A stretch of DNA of 64,000 nt from the NCBI GenBank assembly GCA_963762145.1, contig CAVXJS010000021.1:1162671-1226670 (forward strand), written 5' to 3'. The position numbers were made by a program, and so were the translations under genes. The notes beneath the pieces are model-generated. The model was not told where the DNA came from. It worked only from the letters and a program-made list of their open reading frames with translations, and did no database searches. Position 1 is the stretch's first letter. The number at the start of each line of letters is the position of its first letter. This document shows, piece by piece, positions 53,068-64,000 of this stretch. This DNA is from an uncultured Candidatus Rokubacteria bacterium (GTDB taxonomy: Bacteria > Methylomirabilota > Methylomirabilia > Rokubacteriales > CSP1-6).

Positions 53068-54321
53068 CTAGCTCGGGTCGGCGGCGCGCAACCGCTTCGC
53101 CAGCGCCTGCAGGAGCTTCCATCCGATGGCGCCGTTCCTTTCGACCAGCGGGCGGAACTCCCAGAACGTGAGCCCGTAGCAAACCAGGTCGGTCGCAGCG
53201 GTCACCGTGGCCGAGCGGGGGCCGCCGTCGATCAGGGCGATCTCGCCGAAGTAGTCGCCCGGGCCGAGGGTGGCGAGGTCGACGCCTTTGCTCGAGACCG
53301 TGGCCTCCCCGGAGTCGATGAGGAAGAAGGCGGCGCCCCCGGAGCCCTCCATGATGACGGTCTCGCCCTTCGCGAAGGGGCGCTCCTTGAGCAGGCGGGC
53401 GATTTGCTCGGCCTGCCTCCGGTCCATATCGGCGAAGAGCTGGACGCGCCGGAGGGCGGCCACGGGGTCGCGCGGGGGCGGGCCGGGCGGTGGTGCCTCG
53501 CTGCGCGCCTTCCCGGTGGTGACGGCGCGGCACTGGAGGAGGTAGAGCGTCCCATCCTGGAACGCCCATTCGATGTCGCGCCGCGGGCCGTAGACCTTCT
53601 CGCACTGCAGGGCGAGCTCGCCCAAGGCCGCGAGCTGGGCGTCGTCGAGGCAGAGCTGGCTCACCTGCGCGGGTGGCACTTGCTGCTCGAAGGTGCCCCC
53701 GTTCGGGAGCGAGCGGATCGCGATGCGCTTGCGCCCGGCCTTGCGCTCCAGCACCTGGCCGGAGCGGTCGAGGCGGAAGTGGTCCGGGACGACGAGGCCG
53801 GCGACCACGGCTTCACCGAGGCCCCAACTCGCTTCGATCAGGCGCTCATCGGCGCCGGTGACCGGGTGCTCGGTGAACATGACCCCGGCGACGGTGGGGT
53901 TGAGGAGCGTCTGGACGACGACGCCGACGCTCGGCCGGGTGAACAGGCCGACACGCTGGCGGTAGGTGATGGCCGAGTCCGAGTTCGCAGACCACCAGAC
54001 TTCGCGGACGGCGCCGGGGACATCGGCCGCCGAATGGACGTTGAGCACGGTGAGGTGCTGGCCGGCGAAGCTCGCCGCCGCGCCGTCTTCGTCGACGGCG
54101 GACGACCGGACGGCGAACGGGGGCGGCAAGGCGGCGATGGCCTTCGCCACCTTTTCAATGGCCTTGTCCTCCCCCGAGGCGACGGCCTCGACCAGGTCGC
54201 CCGAGAGCGCCACGCCGGGCGGGACCGGGAGGCCCTGGCGCGCGGCGTCGCCGAGCCCCACGGCCTTCGACCCATAGAGCGATGTCTCGCGCGCCTTCGC
54301 GAAGGGGACGACCTTTTTCAC
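53068..54321 (-). CDS. PPDK/PEP-synthase-type ATP-grasp domain fused to C-terminal cNMP-binding domain
   Basis: GSKA, AVRSSAVDEDG..SFAGQ, WGLGEAVVAG, DIEWA..LLQCRAVT; GDYFGEIALIDGGPRSATVTA. Confidence 0.88.
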   Translation of the reverse strand: MKKVVPFAKARETSLYGSKAVGLGDAARQGLPVPPGVALSGDLVEAVASGEDKAIEKVAKAIAALPPPFAVRSSAVDEDGAAASFAGQHLTVLNVHSAADVPGAVREVWWSANSDSAITYRQRVGLFTRPSVGVVVQTLLNPTVAGVMFTEHPVTGADERLIEASWGLGEAVVAGLVVPDHFRLDRSGQVLERKAGRKRIAIRSLPNGGTFEQQVPPAQVSQLCLDDAQLAALGELALQCEKVYGPRRDIEWAFQDGTLYLLQCRAVTTGKARSEAPPPGPPPRDPVAALRRVQLFADMDRRQAEQIARLLKERPFAKGETVIMEGSGGAAFFLIDSGEATVSSKGVDLATLGPGDYFGEIALIDGGPRSATVTAATDLVCYGLTFWEFRPLVERNGAIGWKLLQALAKRLRAADPS

Positions 54322-55958
54322 CCGAGCACCGTGACTTCGCCGGCATCCCCGTCGACGCGGACAAGGACGCCGTCGGCGATGCGTTCGGTCGCCTCGCGGG
54401 TCCCGACGACGCCGGGGATGCCGTACTCGCGCGAGACGATCGCCGCATGCGAAAGGAGGCCGCCGTTGTCGGTGACGATCCCGCCAAGGAGCGGGAGGAG
54501 GATGTTGAAGGCCTCGGTCGTCGACTCGGTGACGAGCACGTCGCCCTTGGCGATCCGGCCGAACTCGGAGGGGCCGGAGACGCGGCGCGCGGGCCCTTCG
54601 TAGACGCCCTTGCTCGCCGCGAGCCCGTAGAGGACCTTTTCTTCGTTCTGCGCCTGGGAGCTCCCGAAGAGGTGGCCCAGGGCGATGAAGGTCGCGCGCA
54701 TGAGGCGGCCGACCGATGGGGGCAGGGCCGCGAGGTCAGGCGGGGGCGGTGCGGGCGGGCCAAGGAAGGGCGGGACGTCTTTGGCGGTGTAGGTCGCGCG
54801 GTATTCGGCGCGCTTGGCGAGCTCGTCCGCGGACGGGCCACCGGTGCCGGCGACCAGCGCGCACATCTCGTCGAGGCTGGCGTCCAGCATCTGCTGGGGG
54901 GTGGCGATGCGGCCGCGACTCGCGACCCGCCGGCCAGCCGCAAGGGCGGCGCGCCGCATGAGGCCCGAGGCCCAGATGTCGCTGTAGACGCCACGCTCGT
55001 CGCGGAGGCGGTAGGTGAGGCGGGCCTCGCCGAGCAGTTCGTCGAACTCGGCCTGGTGCGCCGCGGGGACCTGGGCGCGGACTTCGGCAATGCGGGCATC
55101 GACGTCCGAGGCGGCCTGGGCTTCTCCGGAAACGGCGATGCGGATGGCCCTGAGGAGTGCGTCCGGCAATTCGAGCGCCGAGGGCTCGGCGATGTCGAAG
55201 CCGTCGATGAGGCGGTTGCCGACCAGGTCGAGGTAGCCGGAGACCGCCGCGCCTGCTTCGCCCCCGAGGGAACGCAGGCTCGCGAGCACCTGTGCGGGGT
55301 CGCCGCCGGATGCGAGGACCTCGCGGGCAGCGGGGTCCTGGGCGAACGCCCCCTTCAGGCGCTCCATCTCGTCGGAGCCACCCGCGGACACCTCTGCCGA
55401 ACCGCGCATCAGGCCCAGCAGCTCGGACGGCGGCAGGCCCGTCCAGTCCCCAACGTGTGCGAGGAAGTCCCCGGTTGGGAGCACGGCACCGGCGGTGAAG
55501 CGCATGTGCTGGGCGATCATGGCCGAATGGTGGTCGCGGCAGCGCGTCAGATAGGCGACCAGCTCCGCGTCGGAGAGGGCGTCCGGATCGACGGCCTGCA
55601 GCTCCCGGTGCGTGGCAATGGAGGATGGTTTGCGATTCTCGTCCCAGTCGCGAAGCTGCTCCCGCCAGAGCTTCTGCGCGAAGACCTGTTCAGCGCGCTG
55701 AAAGCGCTCGGGGATTTCGGCCTCCGGAGCCGGCAGCACCTGGTTGTAGCCGAAGCCGTTCACGTAGCCGATCTGGAGGCCGTCGATGAGCATCCCGTAG
55801 AAGCGGGCGAAGTCGTTGGTGCCCCTCTTGAAGGCGGGGGGATGCGTCTCCTGGAAGTAGCGCGTCATCGGGCGCGGGAAGTGCACGGGGTCTTGCTCCC
55901 ACGATCCTGGCCCGGGCGGCTCAAAACGGAGTTCGGTCGAGGTGTCTGACGCAGTCAT
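54318..55958 (-). CDS. RPH-like substrate-binding domain + phospho-His swivel domain (PEP-utilizing enzyme)
   Basis: HFPRPMT N-terminus; GGLLSHAAIVSREYGIPGVVG..VRVDG; GTGA-coupled to the next gene. Confidence 0.85.
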   Translation of the reverse strand: MTASDTSTELRFEPPGPGSWEQDPVHFPRPMTRYFQETHPPAFKRGTNDFARFYGMLIDGLQIGYVNGFGYNQVLPAPEAEIPERFQRAEQVFAQKLWREQLRDWDENRKPSSIATHRELQAVDPDALSDAELVAYLTRCRDHHSAMIAQHMRFTAGAVLPTGDFLAHVGDWTGLPPSELLGLMRGSAEVSAGGSDEMERLKGAFAQDPAAREVLASGGDPAQVLASLRSLGGEAGAAVSGYLDLVGNRLIDGFDIAEPSALELPDALLRAIRIAVSGEAQAASDVDARIAEVRAQVPAAHQAEFDELLGEARLTYRLRDERGVYSDIWASGLMRRAALAAGRRVASRGRIATPQQMLDASLDEMCALVAGTGGPSADELAKRAEYRATYTAKDVPPFLGPPAPPPPDLAALPPSVGRLMRATFIALGHLFGSSQAQNEEKVLYGLAASKGVYEGPARRVSGPSEFGRIAKGDVLVTESTTEAFNILLPLLGGIVTDNGGLLSHAAIVSREYGIPGVVGTREATERIADGVLVRVDGDAGEVTVLG

Positions 55959-56332
55959 GGCGGTTCCTCTCTCTGGGACGGCCCGCAGATCTCGCGGCGC
56001 CGCTGGCGATTATTTTCTCGTTCGGAGCGGAGGGCAAGAGTGCCCGTTCAGGCGCCCCCTCTTTAGCAGGGGCGCGGAAGTGCGACAATCGGACCAAAGG
56101 CCTAGTGCCGTTGCACGAGAGGAGGTTCGCGCAGCGAAGCTCCATCCACTCCATCGTGTGCTCCGATGGCGATTCTCCGGGTCCGGGGTTCCCTGCCCTT
56201 CCATTCATCCCCAAGCTTCGCTCAGGAGCCTCCCGAGCGCCAGGGCAAGCGCCTCGCTAAACAGACTGCGGTAGACTGGCGCACGCGGGATCCGACGAGG
56301 TGGGGTACCAAGCGTTGGATGGGGGTGCGGCG

Positions 56333-59300
56333 ATGAACCATGGTCCAACTGTACGCCGCGGTAGGCATGCACTTGCAATCGGACTCCTCGGCATTGTGTC
56401 CGTCTTGGGATCACCTCCTGACGCATTCGCCCAGCTTCCGACGGGCCCCGACGGGGTCACTGGCACGTACGGTGAGACGAGCAGTCGTGGGATCGTCGAC
56501 GAGAGCAACGGCGCGATGACATATTCGATTCCACTCGACCTCCCTGCGGCGCGAGGCAATGTACAGCCCGTGCTCGCTCTCCACTATCGATCGAACAGTG
56601 GCACCGGGGATGCGGGCGAAGATTGGTGGCTCGGCCTACCGTCGATCGAACGTGCTCCTCTCTCGAACTGGCCGAAGTACGTCGACAACGGCAACGAGGC
56701 TCTCGAGGACCGTTACACGTACTCCGGCCGGGTGCTGGCGTACGTCTGCACGGTAGGGGTCCTGCCCGGCTGTCCCGCCGAGGCCGGCCCCATGCCGGCA
56801 TGGGCGCACGGTCACCGGCACTATCGTCTGCGCGTCGATCGGGGAGTCGAACGTTTCTTCCTCAGTCCCTCGCGCCAGCGATGGCTGGTGCAATACCGCG
56901 GCGGCCAGATCATGGAGTTCGGAGAACCACTGACGCAGGCGTCTGTCGCCGGCGCCGCCGTGGATCGCGAGCCGACGGCCGGCAACAAGGTCTTTCGTTG
57001 GAATTTGGCCCGGCACTACGACCTTCACGGCATAGAGACGGCGGCGAGCAGCGGCACGCTCGGTCTTGCGACGAACGTCGTCGTCTACAAGTGGTCGCAG
57101 TCGACCACTGCGCGTAATGTCCTCACGGATATCTTCTACACACCTCCCGCTGCGAATCCGACCACCGCAACGCTGAGCGAGTACGCCTACCACGTCGCGC
57201 TGGACTGGGAGCAATCCGTGACTCCGATGCATCCCGTTCCCTTCGCGCGCATAGACAAGCAGCGTCCGTGGCAGCGGCTGAGGCGCGTCGCGATCGCGGC
57301 GGCACCTTGGAGTCGGCCCGGCCCACGCGAGATCCTCCGTCAGTATCACTTCACCTACTACCACCCTCGATTCGGGAGTGCCGGTGGCGCTCCAACCTTG
57401 GTATCGGAGTTTTCTCCATCAAGTGGAGATCGAAGGGCGCTGCGGCGGAGTAGAGTCCGACAACGCCATTCCCGCGACGACGTGCCCGCGACTACCTGAG
57501 CAGATCTTCGAGTACGAGACGGCGCACATCGCGATCGGCACCGTCATCGCGACGGACATCAGCGGAAGCCCGGCCGGCGGGCTTCCCTACCCGGGCAACA
57601 CCGCCATCGTTGACATCGATCGGGACGGCCGACCGGACATCGTCCAAGGCTGGCCGCAGAACCGCCAAATCCACGCGAGCCCCGCATCTTCGGCGGCGGC
57701 TTGGTACAACGCGTGCAAGCCGACTGATACGAGCAGCGGGATGGTGGGTGTCTGGGTCCACGTCGCGGAGAACGGGCCTGGACAGCCCCGTGTCCTCTTG
57801 TGCCCCTACAGTGACGCTCCGCAGATCATGGGTCCCGCCCGGCGCCAAGACGCGTACGTCAACCGCGGTGTACAAGCAAACGGCACCCTGACGCTCCAGC
57901 ACAACTGCCTGGATGCGGATGCGCTCGCGGCAGTACAAGCGCCTCCTTCGCCTCCGACCTTCGTTGGCGGAAGCGCGGTTGCGCTGTTCTCCCAGTACGG
58001 CTCGCAGGTGCTCGGCCCGTGGGGAGATGCCGTCCTGCTCTGGAGCAAGGCCAGCAAGCGCGGCTTCGCCATCGACCCGACGAGCGCAGACAGTGCGTTC
58101 TGTCCAGGCGCGGCTTCCAATGCACTGTATCCATCGCTCAAGTGGCGACAAACCGAGGATTCGTGGTGGGCCAAGAGTCCACCCGTGGTGTCGCTGCAGG
58201 GAGGGGCCTACGCCGATATCGATGGGGATGGATATGTCGATCGTCTCGGCACCGCCAGCGGGACGAGTGGCCCATTCGGCAAGGCCGGGATCGCCTTCAC
58301 GCGGCGGCTATCGGAATTCGAAACTGCTGAGTCTCATCAAGGGCCGGCGTTGGTTCCGTTTGTCAGCAACCTCAGTGCGATCCCGGCGGGCTATGAGGAT
58401 GCGGCCCTGGGCCCCCCCAACGAATCCTGGTACGCCGACGTCAATGGGGATGGCCTCGCCGATCTGGTCTCGGTTGCGCCCAATCCCCAGGCGCTGATCC
58501 AGACTCGTCTCGACATTCGGCCCGGCAACGGTCGCGGTCGCTTCGGATGCACGCCCGCGGAGGGCTGTCTCGTCGCCGCGGGCAGCGAACCGGTCTCGTG
58601 GCTGGGAAATGCATACACCGCCTCGACCGATGTCCCACTTCCCGCTCGGCTACAAGCGTGGGGGTACCCACTGTACGCCGACCCGATTGGTCCCCACCCA
58701 ACCCTGTTCATCCACGACGTGACGGGCGACGGGCTCGCCGACCTCGTCGTCATCCACTTTGCCCTCGGACCCAACGGAGCACAGACGCCGCGTGTGCGCC
58801 TCTGGGTGAACATCGACGGGCATCGCTTCATGTGCGCGAACCCCGCGGACGACTGCACCGTCGGAACGTTCTCGGGAACCGCACCGGCACCCAACAACGC
58901 TTCTCCCCTTGCGCTCAACGTCACGTTCGTGGACGTGGATGCGAATGGCGTCGATGATCTGCTGATCCTCGGGGAGACCACGATCTGGCACTTCTCGTTT
59001 CTGACCGTTCCCTCCACTCCGATTTCGGGCGGCCGTCGCGCGCCTCGTCCCGGCCTCCTCACCCACGTGCGCAATGGCGCCGGTGCCGACACGGACATCG
59101 TCTACCAGACGGTCCAGGAGCTCGATGTCGAAGCCTCCACGTACCTCCCGCACAACTTCGACAACTTCCTACGGCCCTGGACGACGCACGTCCCCGTGGT
59201 CCTGCCGGTGGTGACGAGAGTCACCGTTCGTGACACCCCGACCGCTTCGGGATCGCCGCTCCAGCAGCCATTCCGCTTCGATCGCGAGACCCGCTTCACC

Positions 59301-62300
59301 TACCGCGATCCGGCCTACGATCTCTGGACGCGGTCGTTCAAAGGATTCGCGCGCGTGCGCGTGGCGCGCGAGACCGGCGAGACCGTACAGACGTGGCGCT
59401 GGTTCACCGCATGCGAACGCGGCCGGGTGGAGGACAGCCAACCGCAACGACCCGTGTGCCCCGAGACGAGCGACAGAGCCGGCGACGCGGCATTCGTCGG
59501 CCTGCCGGTTCGAGTCGACCGCTTCTTCCCGGGAAGCGGTCCCGAGCGGCCCACGCAGTGGCTCTCGACCAAGACGTTCCGGTACGCCATCACGCCCGAT
59601 CCTCTGATCAACTCCACTCAGGTCTGGCGACGTGCGGACCTCGACCGGGTCGACGAGTACCTGTACGACACGGCGGCCGAGATCTCGCGTGCCGACACGA
59701 TCAGTGCGCCGAATACGACCCAGAGGGCGCCGGAGCAACCGGCCGGCCGCGTTCGCCTCGTGACGTCGATGAGCTACAACACCGAGGGGAGCCGAACCGG
59801 CACGGTCCGCTGTGGGCGGACGGACGCCGCCGGGGACTGTGGAAGTCTGATCGACCCGGAGATCACGGAGGCCGTCCTGCCCACGTTCGCGGGTGCCACG
59901 TGGTGTAGGGGCGACTGGCGCTGCCAGCCGACCGGCATGGAGGTGCGTGAGAGACGAAGGAACGACGCCGGGGACATCGCAACGATGCTTCTTCGGCAGC
60001 AGCGCTTCGAGTACGGCCCCGACCCGAGCGGAACCGACTTCAACGGTGATCTGGTCAATCTGTACAGCCGGCTTCTGTACCCGGGAATCCCGGGACTGCC
60101 GAATCATACCCCCCGCGATTTGAGCCACGGCGTAGGTGTCCCGCCGAGTGCTTCTACGCTGGTTGGCGAGCGGCGGGTGATGAGCATCGTCCGCGACGCA
60201 TTCGGCACGCCCACGCAGGTTCTCGGCGCGCCGGGTTCGCAGCAGCCGTGCGTGGCCTACGTGCTCGATCCGACCTTCGCCCAGTTCAGCGCCAGCGTGA
60301 TCGCATACGTGGGAGCGAGCTGCACCGGTCCGACCCTCGAGCACCAGCTCATCTTCGACCGCGGGCTGGGACAGGTGACCGCGATCGTCGATCAGCAGAG
60401 GAGGACGCTGGAGACCCTCGAGTACGACGCCTTCGGTCGATTCCACAAGCGATTCGTTCCCCACGCAGAGGTGCCGTATGCGACCCTGCTCGCCCTGCAG
60501 ATCGACCACTTCCTCCAGAGTCCCACCCCCTACCTCGTCATCAAGCAACGGCTCTACGAGCCGGATGCCGATCCGGGCACTCTCGCCTCGATCGAGATCT
60601 TCAACGGCATGGGTGAGCATGTCCTCGGCTTCGACACCGCCGACAGCTTCGCCTACGGCGCGCCGTGGATCCTGCGCGACTGGACCGAGAGAGACGCCAG
60701 CGGCGCCGTCACGGCAATAAGCCGTCCGGTCCTGTTCTTCGGAGATCCATACTCCGTCGCCGCCACCGCTCCGCCACTCACCCCTCACGGTACGCGAATG
60801 ACGGCGGTTCGTGATGTCTTCGGACGGCCCCGAACCATCGCCGACGCCTCGACGATCGTCGCCGACTATCGCTACTTGCCGCTCCAGGTTGAGATCCGCG
60901 ATGCGGAACAGGCAAAGTCGAGCGGGCCCTACTCCGGCAACTTCTCGCGCTCGACCATCGACGGACATGGCCGGCCGATCCAGAGCCAACGCCAGGAAGG
61001 ATCCAGGGCCGTCATCACGACGGTGGACTTCCTGGGAACTGGTGAGCCCCGAAGGGTCTGCAGGCACTCACCCCTCACCGGTCCGCCTCCGGCACTACCC
61101 GCTCCGCTCTGCGACGCTCCCGGCGCGTATGTTCGGAAGTTGCAGTGGGACTCGTTCGGACGACTCGTACAGAACGATGAACCAAACACGTCGCGCTTCT
61201 CGGGATCGGACAGAGTGGGCTGGGGCTACGCGTATGACGATTCGGGGCGCCTGGTCGCGACCACCGATGCGCGCGGATGCGGCAAGAACATCTACTACGA
61301 TGCGCTGGGGCGCGTGCTCGCCGCGGACTTCTCTCCGTGCGACGCAAGCCAGCCCGCGTACACGCCACCGGACCTCACGACTGGCGACGGAACCGAGGCG
61401 TTCTACCGTTACGACCGCTACGAGCCCACTGACGACTTCGCCGGTCGCGCCGAGTCGGCCGCGAGGAACCTCGTGTCGGTTCAGGATCGAGGCTCTCACA
61501 CGCGTTTCAACTATGACGCACGCGGTCGCCTGCAGCGCGTCGCGCGACGCCTCGTGAAGCCGGGGACCCCCGCCGCGACCCTCACGGACCGCTACACGAC
61601 GAGCTGGTTCGGCGAGATGCTGACGTACGATGACTCGGATCGCCTGAGACGGCGCACCACGACCCTTCACACGCCGGAACTCCTCGTGAATGGCGAGAGC
61701 GCGGAGACGTTCGACTACGTCGGCTTTCTGATCAGCAGCGTGGGATCGAGCTACGGAACGCTCGCTTCGACGTTCCGCTATCTTCCCAACCACGCATTGA
61801 GCGCGATGACGTACGGCGACGCGGCATCGACGCGCGCCACCTTCGACTACGACGCTCGTGATCGACTATCGCGATACCACCTGTTTCGGCACGCTGCGCC
61901 AGGAGTGTGGTCCACTTCTACATCGCTCTACCCCTTGCCGGGGCCCGAGACGACACAACTCGACCTCAGTCTGAACTCCTTCACGTACGACGACGTTGGG
62001 AACCCGATCTCGATCACGGACGAGAGCACCTCCACCTGGCCGACCGGGGCCCGCCCAGTGTCCCGCCTGATGCAGCACGACGCGGCGTATCGAGTGATGA
62101 GCGTCCAGAGCGTCCATGGCGGGGACGGTCACGTCCCGGCCTACCTCGCCGAGGCTCTGGCGGGGGATCGCCGGCCCGTCGCCGTCCGGCAAGGCGGTCA
62201 GCGGCCGAGCCTTCAGACGTTCGAGTACGACTGGCAGGGCAACACGACCTTCACCGACGACGATGAGGGGCTTCGCTACGACCGATCGCTCGGCCGGGTC

Positions 62301-63977
62301 ACCAATGGCGGGCCGAGCGCGGGGCCGAATCAGCTGGTCGACGCGGCCGGCGTTCATGCCGACTACGATGTCGCAGGGAATCTGATCGAGCTCACCGTCG
62401 CACGCACAAGCTGTTGGGACCAGATGCCGAACTGCAGTCACCGCTTCCGCTACGAGTGGAACGAAGTCGGCCAGCTCGTTCGCGCCCGCCGTTGGGATTA
62501 TGGGGGCGGACCCGTTCCTCCGCCTCTCCCAAGTGAAGTCCCGACGTGGGATCTGGCCTACGGGTACAGCTCCGGTCAGCGCGTGCTCAAGACGGTAACC
62601 GACGCGCTCGGCACCGCGAAGCACACGCTCGATGCTTCCGGGACGCAGCGCATCTCTCGAGCCGACTACGATCCCGCCAGTTCGGACTACCGAGTACAGG
62701 GAGGGAACGAGATCCGTTTCGTCGCGGGGCTGGGGCGCGTCTTCCATGATCCGACTCGTCTCATGCCGGTCGCGCGCGGGGACGGCATGCCGATCCACGT
62801 GTTCCTCACGCTCGGCGATCATCTCGGCTCGACCGCGTTCACGATCGACAAGGACTCGGGCGAGGTCGTGGAGCGGTCCATGCATCAGCCGTTTGGTGCG
62901 ATCGAGAGTGATCTGCGCCCGCTCCGCTGGGCGGCGTCCCGTGAGGACTTCAAGTTCACGGGCAAAGAGGACGACATCGAGGTCGGGCTGACCTATTTCG
63001 GGGCGCGCTACTATCAGGCGCAGCTCGGGAGGTGGGCGAGCGCCGACCCGTTCTCGATTCACGCGCTCGGTGGAGACATCAACCCGTATGCATACGTGAG
63101 CGGGCGCGCACTGAGTGACGTGGATCCGTTGGGCCTATGCGCACCTTGCCCGGCCGGCGACGAGTACGGCCCGGACGTATTCGTCCGCGCGCCCCCGCGG
63201 CGTCGCGAACCCACACACGATTGGGCACCGGAGAGGAAGCGAGTGCCGCTCGGTCCGCAGACACCTATTCAGCAAATGATGTGGCAGCAGCTGGCGCGTT
63301 TTCTCGGGCGGAACGGAGACATCGAACGCGGCGTTCGAGACCAGGCGCTCGACAGCGTTGCCAGCTCATTTGGCCCCATCACCGGTCCCGTGGTGAGAGA
63401 AGTGCTGCCGCGCGCCTCGAGCGGCTCGCCTTCGCTCGCCTACTACGTCGGTCGTGTGCCGGTCCTCGGGATGGAGCTCTACGCCGGGGCTGCCGTGGGG
63501 GCGCTCGGGACCCTGAGCAAATCCAATGCGATCATCACCCCCCTCGCCGAGGGCACGTTGTCCGGTATTCGGCCGAGTCAGGCTCTAATAACGGAGATCG
63601 GCGTCTGCGGCCGGTCCAACTGCTTCAACCGCGCGATCGCCCTCGAACGTCGCCTTGCCGGTTCTCCGACCTCGGCGATTGGTGGTGAGGAGGTCAGGCT
63701 AAGCGCAGCCTACGCCTACCTCCGGGAGGTCTACCCGTCCGGTACGACGGCCGAGTTCATGTCACGCGCCCCGATGGAAGACATTTTCTTGGTCCTGGGT
63801 GAAGGAACGCGCGGCGTCGTGTTTGGTCTCCGAGCAGCGGAAACGGGTCACGCGTTCAATGCGATGGTGTCGAACGGACGGGTGGTCTTCATGGATGCGG
63901 GGCTGGTTGGGCGCGCCAGCCTTGGCGGCTACTCCAGCTTCGGCGTGTTCTTCACGCAACTCGGCGGTGGTTTTTGA
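56333..63977 (+). CDS. SpvB/FG-GAP/RHS (TcB-TcC-like) polymorphic toxin with papain-fold C-terminal toxin; frameshift near 57380
   Basis: Signal-like N-terminus; GAMTYSIPLDLP..QPVLALHYRS (SpvB); DxDGDG repeats; YD repeats; FTGKE..YFGARYY..DPLGL; toxin motifs NCFN, GHAFN, VFMD. Confidence 0.88.
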
Positions 63978-64000
63978 CTCCCCGTGCGCCGCGCGCTACC

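Larger units (their letters stand above)
48250..64000. mobile_element. Probable tRNA-Phe-integrated genomic island, extending beyond the window
   Basis: Orientation of the 3' tRNA fragment places the element on its right; accessory cargo follows. Confidence 0.5.

Overview
High-GC bacterial window. Gene style, especially the orphan ABC_sub_bind substrate-binding proteins, suggests Rokubacteria/Methylomirabilota; this is an inference. Layout: (1) ~0.2-22.8 kb: hypoxia/dormancy-type stress island (USPs, CBS, BON, Hsp20, orphan GroEL, HPF, P-type ATPase, APH plus tandem kinase, NtrC-type activator), with sigma-54 promoters (eight in 0.7-29.9 kb) that share a paired upstream dyad motif. (2) 23-25.3 kb: MerR unit and an ArsM-like methyltransferase with an in-frame UGA at the conserved Cys followed by a SECIS-like hairpin (predicted selenoprotein). 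(3) 25.5-32.8 kb: Crp/Fnr-controlled nitrosative cluster (DUF542, DUF2249, DUF59, nirK, cytochrome c, persulfide dioxygenase-rhodanese). (4) 32.9-40.4 kb: ArsR plus an Ehr (Ni-free hydrogenase-4-like) operon in the same order as M. tuberculosis Rv0081-0087. (5) 40.5-48 kb: organoarsenical/arsenic resistance cluster. (6) From a 3' tRNA-Phe fragment at 48.2 kb: a probable integrated island holding an integrase-less integron array (attI-like site, four attC sites, two cassettes are ABC substrate-binding proteins), a split RPH/PEP-synthase-like dikinase fused to a cNMP-binding domain, and a ~2,500-aa SpvB/FG-GAP/RHS toxin with a papain-fold C-terminus. Scattered single-base frameshifts look like long-read assembly errors.
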